Part shown: positions 13,196-26,700 of the stretch, piece after piece | How the letters are laid out: every line of letters starts with the position of its first letter | Position numbering within the stretch: position 1 is the first letter of the stretch | Source of the DNA: Balanoglossus misakiensis | Lineage: Eukaryota > Animalia > Hemichordata | Reading direction: 5' to 3' | DNA length: 64,000 nt | NCBI GenBank assembly: GCA_040954595.2 | Contig: CM082583.2 | Location: 13,614,391 to 13,678,390 of the forward strand | Translations under genes and position numbers: made by a program | The notes under the pieces: model-generated | What the model was told of the DNA's origin: nothing | Database searches by the model: none | The model's input: the letters and a program-made list of their open reading frames with translations, nothing else

Positions 13196-13687
13196 AGGCA
13201 CGTAAGCTGTAACTTTTGGGATAATTTTCATAATTTTTGTTTCAAACTGCACTACCATTAGTCCATGCAGATGAAGGCAGTGAACTATAAACCCTAAATA
13301 TGAGTGCATATGCAAGTTTTAACCAGATAAATAATAAAGCTTTGCCGCAAGTGATTATGGCCGCCACCGTGGGAAAATGCAAGAAACAATGAAAATGTTG
13401 CATTTCCGATTGTGAAACTTCATAAACAAAACATGATCTCATCCACTTGGGCTCATGGAAGTAAATGTACACCACTGAGACATCAGATTTTCATTTTTCA
13501 TTGCAATATTGCACTTTTTTTAAAATTGCAGGAATTTTCGTTTTTCTTTAATTTTTGGTCATTTCGTCATAAATAAGTGTTGAGCTTGATATATTATCAT
13601 GAAATATCATTTAATAGACATAATTAAAAGCATATATGAGATTATTTAAAACTTTAATTTTTTTATCCAGTTGCAGCTTACGTGCCT
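13196..13687. mobile_element. Non-autonomous TTAA-specific DNA transposon (Kolobok-like)
   Basis: TTAA|AGGCACGTAAGCTGTAACT ... AGTTGCAGCTTACGTGCCT|TTAA: 19-bp TIR with 1 mismatch, AG..CT termini. A related internal fragment lies at ~14990-15045. Confidence 0.85.
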
Positions 13688-13760
13688 TTAATACAACCTG
13701 AAAAATGTCCGAAAATAACTGCAGTACCGTAGCAATGAAGAGATGATTGTGACAAACCCA

Positions 13761-13818
13761 GTCAAACCATGGAGGTACTAGTACCTCCATGGTTTGACTA
13801 GTACCTCCATGGTCAAAC
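13761..13818. repeat. Compound mini-palindrome (CATGGAGGTACTAGTACCTCCATG) flanked by GTCAAAC direct repeats
   Basis: Perfect 38-bp palindrome at 13761-13798, then a repeated half arm and a second GTCAAAC at 13812-13818. Confidence 0.8.
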
Positions 13819-13840
13819 TTACATAATCTAAATGATTGTG

Positions 13841-13899
13841 GCGGGTGCTGCTAGGTTGACTGGTGTATACGCAGTCGTCAACCTAGCAGCAGCACCCGC
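13841..13899. repeat. GC-rich inverted repeat (hairpin), probable MITE remnant
   Basis: GCGGGTGCTGCTAGGTTGAC ... GTCAACCTAGCAGCAGCACCCGC; the arms differ by one 3-bp indel; no clear TSD. Confidence 0.65.
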
Positions 13900-14463
13900 T
13901 ACTGAAAAATTGTACAAGTTCAAACTACAGGGATGGGGAGAGGGTCAAAAGTGTACATTTTTGCCAAAATTACAGGGACCAGATTATTAGGATCCTTGTA
14001 ACACAAGCTGGCAAATCTTAAACTTCTAACACGAGAAAATAGGCCCCTAGGTGGATTCTGGACTTGCAGAAGAATTGTATGTGTGCAGGGGTCGAAAGTC
14101 CACTGGAAGCTAAACCCAGGGGTCAGAAGTCTACATTTTGCCAACAGTTCCGTGGACAAAAGTCTACCTGAGGTGAAAAATGGGGTCAAAACTGTGGCAT
14201 ATGTTACCATGATTAATGCTGAATGTTCTACCACAAAAATCTCTATTGTAATACAATAGTAGAGATGTTTGTATGGTATGTTATCATATCTCAAAATGGC
14301 AAAGTAAAGTGTATGTGACCATTTTATTTTTTTTCCACAGGGTGCAATCAGTTAGTAATCATCAAAGCAACAACACAATTCACATTCAAGATTTGGATAT
14401 TGAGGGATTAAAACACCATCTGCATAATTGGTATTGGTTTATTGCCCTACCATCAACTCAAAC

Positions 14464-16791
<2,328 letters not shown>

Positions 16792-17801
16792 TATTCACAG
16801 ATATGTTCCACTAAGAAGTACCCATATTTTTTGGGAATGTTTCATTCTGTGAAAGTATACTTTATTCATCTATTCTTAAGAAAAATACAATGTACATAAA
16901 AAGTGATTCTGAATTCATTTGAAATATCAAAAAGTAAAGGTCCATTAACTCTAACACTTGAGTCTTTTCAGTATGATGGATCACTTTTGGTCTATTGTTC
17001 TAACCCTTGAAACATGACAAAATTGTCAGTATTTTACTTGACAACACTAAATTTGTGAAACAACCGTTGTAATGCTTAGGTTAGCTCTAGAATGAATGAA
17101 AGTCCGGACTTGACCAAGTTGATAGACTACAAGGTACTAGTATTTAATAATGATTCAGAGATATGAACAATAAACTGCAGTAGTAGTACACTGAAAAAAT
17201 GTCAAAAATGCTCAAAGATATAGGAGTATAAAACCAGAAAATGCTAACCTTTCTGAAAAGTTTTCCAATCGTATCTAAACATGGCGCATCAGAATGTGTC
17301 ATCAGAAAACTGATTGAAGTGACGAATTCTATATTTGCTTTCAATCTCTATAAACTTCATAAAAAAAAAACAGTCAATGCGAAAAAAAGTCTAACATTAT
17401 TTCTAGCCTGAACTGTGTTCATGAACTGCAGAATCCAGTATATTGTCATTGACAATAACTTTTAAAAAGATTCTATTCAAATTTTGAATTTTCTTTTCCA
17501 GCACAACTTGTAATACTCAGGAATTATTAAATATACATGTACATTGTATTAATTTTATCCTTAATATAATGGTCTCGTCTCTATCTGAGTTCATTTTGAC
17601 CTCACATGATCACATCATGATTATGGCATTGTGTGTGTCTGTTAGCCCAATATCTCAAGAACAGCTGATCCGAGTTCAAGCTGGTTTGGTACACATGTTC
17701 TAGTTTGAAATGACAAGAAGTGATTAGTTTTTGGTGACAGTGGCCAGCGAATTAATCCAATTATGAACGAAAGAAAATTGTCTGTCAATGCAATCCTATG
17801 G

Positions 17802-18281
17802 ACGATGCTGAAGTTAGTGTCGGTTTCGGATTCGGATTCGGGTTCGAGAGACTGAAAGTAGTTAAGCATTTTCGAGCGACCATCGCGGTTTGGCATCTGC
17901 ATTACGAGTATGAAAATAACTCTTAAAAATATGAATATATTTGATCAAACTCTCTCGACATTATACGTATGACATATTTGGCACCAAAACACTGTTTTTT
18001 CACATCGGAAATTGTTAAATACATATTTTATTATCGAAAAACATACTTCAATGATAGAAAGATAATATTTTGTAATTTTCGGTTTGAATAAACATTTTTT
18101 GGGATGAGAAAAATGTCATACATAATAAGTGCAGATTAAATCAAATTTATTCGTGTTTTAGTAAATTAACTTTCATCCTCGTACTGCAGATGCTGAACCG
18201 CGATGGTTGCCCGAAACTAAACTACTTTCAGTCCCTCCAACCCGAATCCGAAACCGAATCCGACTCTTACTTCAGTATCGT
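17802..18281. mobile_element. Older degenerate fold-back element (~480 bp) with a probable 9-bp TSD
   Basis: ACGATGCTGAAGTTAGTGTCGGTTTCGGATTCGG... pairs with ...CCGAAACCGAATCCGACTCTTACTTCAGTATCGT, and diverged complementarity extends ~200 bp inward. Flanks are ATCCTATGG (17793-17801) and ATTCTATG-G; the right flank is interrupted by the next insertion. Confidence 0.75.
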
Positions 18282-18289
18282 ATTCTATG

Positions 18290-19150
18290 TAGTCTCGGTT
18301 ACCCAGAGCCCTCTGCTTCTTCCGTTAGGCACTCCAGAAAGAGGGTCTGGGGAAACCCGGTAGACAAACCGTCAGGCGGAATCGGGACAGCTGCGATGCA
18401 TGACGGGAGATTAATATTCGATACGATATTATGATATGTCGATATTAGAAAACTATTTACCGAACTTCTCTCTCTCTTTTCAATTTGTATACAGTTTTAG
18501 CAGGTCTAGCACTTCTCAGCATGTTTTCTTTATCGTATGTCATACATGTCGGCCGTTAGTCTCGGTTACCCAGAGCCCTCTGCTTCTTCCGTTAGGCACT
18601 CCAGAAAGAGGGTCTGGGGAAACCCGGTAGACTAACCGTCAGGCGGAATCGGGACAGCTGCGATGCATGACGGGAGATTAATATTCGATACGATATTATG
18701 ATATGTCGATATTAGAAAACTATTTACCGAACTTCTCTCTCTCTTTTCAATTTGTATACAGTTTTAGCAGGTCTAGCACTTCTCAGCATGTTTTCTTTAT
18801 CGTATGTCATACATGTCGGCCGTGGGTTCGCGCGCAGGACGTCGCCATTTTGGAATATTAATCTCCCGTCATGCATCGCAGCTGTCCCGATTCCGCCTGA
18901 CGGTTAGTCTACCGGGTTTCCCCAGACCCTCTTTCTGGAGTGCCTAACGGAAGAAGCAGAGGGCTCTGGGTAACCGAGACTAGTCGGCCGTGGGTTCGCG
19001 CGCAGGACGTCGCCATTTTGGAATATTAATCTCCCGTCATGCATCGCAGCTGTCCCGATTCCGCCTGACGGTTTGTCTACCGGGTTTCCCCAGACCCTCT
19101 TTCTGGAGTGCCTAACGGAAGAAGCAGAGGGCTCTGGGTAACCGAGACTA
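18290..19150. mobile_element. 426-bp TIR element (outer copy), TAG...CTA, 130-bp TIRs, 9-bp TSD; Academ(H)-like non-autonomous
   Basis: TSD TATTCTATG at 18281-18289 and 19151-19159. The span of 861 bp equals 426 + 426 + 9. Confidence 0.93.
18557..18982. mobile_element. 426-bp TIR element (inner copy) nested in a copy of itself
   Basis: TSD GTCGGCCGT at 18548-18556 and 18983-18991. Identical to the outer copy except AGACTAACC vs AGACAAACC, seen in both arms. Confidence 0.93.
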
Positions 19151-19169
19151 TATTCTATGGAGAATGCGT

Positions 19170-19520
19170 TTGGTATTAGACCATAGAGGGCGTCCTAATG
19201 TTCAAACCTTTGCGTGTAAGGAAAATAAGTAATTCAGTGATTTATCGAGAAAATTCAGCATACCTAAAAAGCAACACCTACAACCGGTCGCAGGCGTCCC
19301 GGCCCGCGCCTTCATCAAGGCCGGCGAGCCCCGGCCCCTCACCATCATGCGGTATGGCGCGGCATGGGCATAAATGACAAATAACAAACAAACACACAAG
19401 AGCAAGACAAAATGGCTGACTCCATGCTGAGGAGTGTGAATTGTGTCATAAATGAATTGCTATCCTCCTGAAATTCATGAGTGATTCTTGTAATCGTGGT
19501 CAATTGTTGATTTTCTGGTA
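19170..19520 (+). promoter_or_regulatory. CpG-rich promoter / probable non-coding first exon of IPO11
   Basis: GC/CpG-rich stretch at 19280-19370, YY1-like AAAATGGC near 19409, candidate donor CTG|GTAAAT near 19517. The ATG exon is preceded by the acceptor TTTCAG near 20737. Confidence 0.5.
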
Positions 19521-20008
19521 AATAATCTTTTGGAGGTACATTTTCCTCGTCTCGTTCGTGAAGCAGCGTGCGGAGAGCGTGAAGTCGCTAAGTTTGTTGT
19601 ACGCGTGACACTTCGGATACTGTACCGTGTTCATCATTCATACTCTGTGAGTAGTACATATCAACAACTTGCCGCTGGGTAAACTGTCACATTCTACTGT
19701 CTGCGTGCTTGGTTTTGCTATACATGTAGTAACATGTTGCCATGATCACTGCGCACGCTTAGTTAACCACGGTGCATTCCGTCATGATGTGCGTTTCGAT
19801 TCCAGCTCAGCTGTTCAGTACGTGTCGTCTGATTTGGATATTTCAATTTTCACCCCCCCCCCCCCGACATCTGTACAGCTGTGACATTGTTTAAATAACT
19901 CCTGCACCAGCTGTATCTCAAAAGAATGCTGATGTAGCACCGGTGCTGCTAGAAAGAATATAGCATGATTTTTTGCGCTACATAACAGCGTGCAGCAAGA
20001 TGTTGCAA

Positions 20009-20440
20009 TAACCTTACGTAACCTTACGTTGTTTTCTGACCGCAGGCTAGTTTGCCTCTATGGTCAGCTCTTCACTATTCAATGTTATTATTGTGTTCTG
20101 ATTTCCGTGTGTGATATCTGCCTTGTAGTTGTACAATAGATCCTGATTCTTCCAATGATTATCCAGACGATTTTTGAAGCTATTTGTTGATGGTGCATTA
20201 CGGTAATTATTGTTTCTGGTAACCTGTTCCATGTATTAATTACTCTCAAGGAGAAGAAGTTTTTCCTTAGTTGTAATCTTGAATGTTGATGAAATAGTTG
20301 TTTTCCGTGACCTCTAAGTCCACTTCTTGATGTGCAGTCTGTTTTGGCTTAATGAATGATGTAGTTCTGGGTCATATTTGTTGTTTACAATTTTAAACAG
20401 TTCTATCATGTCCCCTCGTGTCCTTCTGTATGCTAATGTA
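20009..20440 (-). mobile_element. 3' terminal fragment of a CR1-like LINE
   Basis: The minus strand encodes RRTRGDMIELFKI...LRGH...RKNFFSLRVINTWN...APSTNSFKNRLDNHW, followed by a short 3' UTR and a tandem (ACGTAAGGTT) tail. Confidence 0.85.
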
Positions 20441-20756
20441 GAAGACATGTAGTGTGATGTACAGTTTCAGCACAGTAATCAACATCAGCCCCCCCCCCCC
20501 CTTCCCAAAGCAAAAATTACACATGTATTAGTTATCCATGGCCCCTAATGTAACAGCATGCATTCAGGCATTTTGAGTGACTGCTAATAGAAAAACAACC
20601 TGAGTATTGGGGAATTCAGGAAATGAAGACTTCCTTGTTATTGTCCTTTGAATAGTTATGTACAAAGCCATGCACATGCTGATTTATTCAGCACAGAAGA
20701 TAATCAATAATCATGACATTGAATTTGCTCATTTCAGTAAATGATAGATATAGAGA

Positions 20757-23700
20757 ATGGATTTTGAAACAGCAGGTCAGATGGTGTTACAGACTCTAAA
20801 CAGAGCTGCCAGTCAAGATGCATCCACTCTGAAACCAGCTGAACAACAGCTAAGGCAATGGGAAACTCAGCCAGGATTTTACTCCATTCTTGTGGTAAGT
20901 TTTTTTTGTGTGTGGGGTGGGTTGGGTGGTAACTACTTTATTCTCTTCCCCTGTGACAATGGTCTAAATATAACAAGAGTACAATGTGAATGCCTTCTTT
21001 ATAGTATTTATGTACAATTGCTGATGGTTATCACATGGCACTTGTATGCACACTCATGAAATTTGCCCATAAATGATGTACAAACTGTGATAGAGGTGGC
21101 CACTAACAAAGGTTTGACTACTGTATGTATGTGGTCCAACGATGCAGTGTGACACACATGCTTGAACCACTTCTCCACAGATTGAGAAATTGTACTATAA
21201 CATATATGATTATCAATTTGTTTCTTTTCAATGTTGATCATTTTGTCATGATTTGTTATTGCTGGAGCTATTTCGATGAGCTATGTTGCAATTGATATCA
21301 TTCAACTCAGACTGAGTATACCATACTTCTGTACTACCAATATGTACACCTTCATATCACAGTTCCAGACAAACTCTCAGTCACTTAGAAACATTGTAAG
21401 AAGCAGCAGTACCTCATCAGATTTCATTCCAACATGATTAATTTTGTTCATTGTTATAATCTCTAAGACTACAGAATGTCATTGGCAATTAGTTGTTAAT
21501 TCCAATGACAACATTACTCAGTGCAATTCACAAGTTATGTATAATTTACTTGTGTATCATTTACTATCAAGTTCACATTACATTGTTTTACCTGTGATTA
21601 TTTTTAGGCAATATTTACAAACCATTCAATTGATATTAATATCAGATGGTTAGCCGTTTTGTATTTTAAAAATGGAGTGGACAGGTATTGGCGAAAAACT
21701 GCACCTCAGTAAGTTGAGATTTTGGTACCTTTCATCCTGGAATAAATACTTGAAAAACACAACGTACCAAATCTTGGTCTTGGAAAACTGTCACTGCTCT
21801 GAGCTTATTGAGTGGATCGGAATTTGACTTGAGCATTAATGTTTACTGACATATGTAAATGTAGCTATGCAAGAAAAACAAGATCTCAGAAGTAAACCAC
21901 ATCTGCTAAGAAGTTTCCTATATGTTAATGTTTTACATCCTTTCTGTATGGCAGTGCAATACCAGAAGAGGAAAAAGACGGCCTGAGGAAGCAGTTGATC
22001 AGGCGTTTTGATGAGCCTTTCAACCAAGTAGCCACACAACTTGCTGTTGTCATAGCAAAGATTTCACGCCTTGATTGCCCAAGAAATTGGCCTGATCTCA
22101 TTCCATCTCTACTAGAAGCTGTAAAGCAGCCAGAACAATTATACCAACAGAGGGCGCTGCTTACATTGCATCATGTTACCAAGACCTTGGCGTCAAAACG
22201 ACTTGCAAACGATCGGAAGCTATTTCAAGAGGTAATACAGTACTACATCATTTGGGCAGAGTTTTGTGATAAATAACTTTATACATGTATTGCTTTTCTT
22301 TTTATGTGTCAATTGTGTTCTGAAGTTTAAAATATTGGGTAATATTCCACTTGAATCTGACTCAAGAAATTTGGCAATGATTCCTCTACAGCTGACCAAT
22401 GGTATATTTAGTTTTGTACTGAGGCTATGGAGTGAACATACAGATGCATTTCTAAAACATGTTCCTTGTCAAGATGCCAGCATGGTCAGTTCACTAGAAC
22501 TCAGTTTACTGGCTTTGAGAGGTATGTCTGTCTAAATCTTTCTAATGTGTTCTTCAGGCAGTAGAGTGTATTTTTGTGTGGCTGGTATGGTGCAGAAAGT
22601 TTGTTTGATATTTGAGGTATTTACACTGATTTGAGGGTGGGGTACATTTGTAGTGATTTGTAACATATACCGGTGTAAATAGCAAAAATCGTTCAACTCA
22701 TTCTCTGGGCAGGTACTGTACTGATACAACATTTAGTTTGGAGGGGTATATTTTTTTGCAGAGTCAGTTTTATGGTGTGGTACTGTTAAATTTTGCAATA
22801 TACGCAACTAAAACCTGAATTTGATTTTTCAGTTCTTCGCAAGCTTTTGGTGTATGGTATCAGCCAGCCACATGATTTTCCAGATGTCATGGTGAGTTCA
22901 AGGTCCAAATTCCTCATTTATCTTAAGATGTCCTGTAGACCAGTTAATTATGTGATCAATATCATGACTAAGAATAATCTTTTATAGATTAGTTTCATTA
23001 AACCATTTTGGTCACTTGTCAATCTGTGTTAAGTGATGCTACAATGTACATATGATTTTACCAGGGGACTCAAACAAGCCTGTTATTGAAAGAATAGAAA
23101 ATAACGAAACAAGTCTGCTTCTTTCGTGTTTTCACCTTGCAGATGTTTATTAACCTCACCTTTCATAGACTCAAAGAAATATTAAATATCAGTAAGTATT
23201 TTTCGTATTTGAGTCCTCACTGACATGGCTTTGACTCAGCTCATGTGTGTGTGTGTGTGTACAGATATAATCCATTTTTTCTGGTGCCAAATACATTCCT
23301 GTGACAGGTATGACTTGCATATGAATGTGGGACACATCGTTTATAGACCTCAATACTCAAGTCTTTGTCATCATCTTCGATATTTAAATTTGTATAGTGT
23401 GGTTTAAAGATATGTAAATAGTAAACTGAACCAATTCTATAAGAACTTAGCAAATGTAAGTAAAGGAACCGTGCAAGTCAATGCCTGTTGCAGTACAATC
23501 CAATATGGCTGCTAGGTGGCTATTTCTTAATATATCCTGAGCAACTCTGTCGACATACCGGAACAAGTTAGTATAAGAATGTTTTACTATTATGCACATA
23601 GGCAGGTGGATTTGAGTTGTTATACGATCGAATATGGTTGCCTGAAGCTTGAAGATCACTTTGTTTCCAAGTTTTCATGTCCAGAGCAGATACATGACAG

Positions 23701-26700
23701 AACCAATTCCATCCACACTTGGAAATGCTATACTATGTTGTATGTATGTGTGCACGTCTACGTTCATGGTATGATCCCAGAAAAAACATCAGCATATTTT
23801 GTTTTTATGATGCATGTATGAAGACATTTCAGAGAGTGTCTTATTATTTGCAGGAGGTAACCTTGCAACAGAAAACAGACAGAAAGAGTTAGTTGATAAA
23901 GAGATAATAGTACTTACAAAGGTGGTAAGTGTGATTTTGATAATTATACATTACTGTTTGTGCCATTGAAGTGTTCATATTTTATGCAAGATAGGATTAG
24001 CCCTCTGTAGACATGATGATTTATTTTGTTTAAGTGAGCAAAGATAGCACAAGTAAGGACCAAATAACGTCAAATCTTTTTTTACTCCTTTTTTCAGCTG
24101 TTGGATTGCCAGTCAACACACCCAATGTTCTATGTTGGCTTCATCAGTCAATCATTAGAGTTTGCAACCACCTACGCATTTACAGAAGCTAGTGTTGGGC
24201 TTTCATTTGAACGCTTTACAGTGAACTGTATGAATCTCATGAAAGCAATTATCCGATGTGACTCATACAGACCAGCTAAGACTATTGAAGAAACTAAAAA
24301 TCCTCAAACAATAGCAGCTCATAAGGTAGGTTTTTGATGAGTTTTCAACCAGCTATTGTACAACACTATTTTTTTTTATTCTACCATATTTACTATTTCT
24401 TTTAGATGCAAGATCTGCCATGTGCCAACCTGCTTCACTGTATTTTAGGATCATGTTAGTTCAGACACATGAGCTAACATTGTACCGATGTCTTTTTGTG
24501 TGTGTGTTTGTGACTGTTACACAAGGTCTCAAGAATGGCTGAATAGATGCAAATATGTTTCACAGATACAGTTTTAAGAATAGCAAGAGCTGATTAGGAA
24601 CTATCTACAGATAGCAATCTCAAAATGTTGTGATAGTAGTAGGAGTTGCATGTCAATTATCTGCTCATTTGCATGTTTCATAAATTTTTGTAATTAATAT
24701 AATTTTTGTAATTTCTGTAGATTTGATAAAACCTACCGCTCAAATATTGCAGAAGCTATTCTATAAAAATGTCAATGTTGTCAGTATAATTGATTTATAT
24801 TTTTCATTTTCAGATTAAAACTGAATTTTTCACTTGTGCCACATTGCATGAAATCTGCAAAAGACTTATTTCTCATTACTTCTTGCTGACAGAGGAGGTA
24901 AGTAATTGCATAAAAGCAGACAAACTATATGATGGAAGTGACATTAGTCATTCACAAAAAGTGTTGCTTTAATACACATAAATGTATAACTATAAATTCA
25001 ATACAACTGTTTCTATCTTATTGAAACTTGAAGCTTACTCTTCAAGATTTTGCATCTGGGTTCACATACAAGGAGAGTTTGAATAATCAATAACTTCCAT
25101 CTTGCTTAAAGGAATTGCGTATGTGGGAGACTGATCCAGAAGGTTTCTGTGTTGATGAGGGTGGGGAATCATTCAAATTTAGTCTTCGGGTAAGTGTTAT
25201 TTATCTTAATTGTTTATATTTTTCTAATATACTGAGCTAGTACTAATTCAGTTGTGTGTGGCTGGACCACTCTTTTATTGATAACAACACCCTATATGAA
25301 CGTTTTTAAAATGACAGACCACACAAGTTATCAAGCTTCAAAACCTCCTTGGAAAGACTTGTTTTAGTTATGTAAGTTTTCACACAAAATATCTTTGGTA
25401 TGTCCCTGTCTTTGTTTGCAAAATCCGTATGCATTTTACCATTAAAACAGTTAGAGCTGTATAAAAGTTTTGTACTGAACAATGATCATTTTGTCACTGT
25501 ATAACCAGAGTATGCAAGTCTGATTTGGGGTAAAGCTGATATGCTGAAAGGTTCTGCTGTATTTGTATTCTGCAAAATATAAGGCTGTGAATAATAATAC
25601 CGATTTCTTTCTGCTTTACAGCCATGTGTAGAAGTTCTGTTTCTGACTTTATTCCATGAATACAGGGAAACTCTGACACCATTGATAATTAACATCATTC
25701 AAAGCACACAAGGTGAGTTTAAAAGTAAACAAGATGTGACATTGCTAGCATGATGTGGATTTTTCTGAGTTCCTAGAAAAGAAAGATTTGTAGTTTGTAG
25801 TTCTAATTACATGTATGTGCAAACGTGTTTAACTCATCAAAAGGGTTATCATGGTCAGTGGAACATGAATCAATGTTCCACTGTTTTATCATATTATCTT
25901 ATCAAATTTATTGGTGATAATATTGATAATTATTTATTATCTCCATTTGGGTTAAACTTCATTGGTTATATCTGTATGTGATTTTCATATACTAGCTCCT
26001 AGCAAGGAAATCACATCCAGAGATGTTTTTTTTTATGTCCACTGCCCCTTTAACAAGATATTTTGTTTTAACACTCTTATAGGTATGACAGATGTAGAAA
26101 ATTTGTCAGCATTGTTACATAAAGATGCAGGTAAGGATATATGTTTTGCAAATTACCAAAAAGCAAGCACTGGTGTGGTACCCCTTGCCCAGACTGAATT
26201 TCAGAAAACTGAAACATGATTAAGGTTCATGAAATCCTTATATCAGTTGTGATCTAGAGTGAATGGTAATTGTCAAGTCTGTCACATACAACATGTAGTA
26301 CATATGGACATACAAGGTATATAAATGTTTAGGTATTATTACCAAATGCATAGTCCATTGCCTGCAGCTTGAGGGAATCACTTTTCTTTAAGGTGATGGG
26401 GCGGTGACATCACATCTGGCAAGTGACTTGACTCTTGAAATTATTTTCTCAGTGTATAACACTGCTGGTTTGGCAGCCTACGAATTATTTGATGACATCA
26501 ATTTTGACCACTGGCTGACGTCACAGCTACTGGCAGAGTTGCAAAATAAACATCCAAGGTAAGTTGGCATTTGGTTGTCAAGGTAACTTGAAAGTAATAC
26601 CAAATAGATGGCCAGGGCTACATTTTTAAGTAACTTTGATATCAAACAAAATAAAAGACACAGTTGATGTACTTCTTTTTGTTTATTTTATTATCTTCAT

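Noticed and set aside
18207-18630. ORFs with repeated peptides (SLGYPEPSASSV / VSVTQSPLLLPLG), also at 63132-63536
   Set aside because: These are translations of the non-coding TIR family; there are no splice signals or transposase motifs.
18290-19150. Repeat-spacer appearance suggesting a CRISPR-like array or an assembly duplication
   Set aside because: The context is eukaryotic, and the structure is fully explained by nested TIR copies with distinct TSDs and copy-specific variants.
19178-19196. CTCF-like motifs (CCATAGAGGGCG; also near 9595 and 63627)
   Set aside because: Only partial matches by eye; not supportable without PWM scoring.
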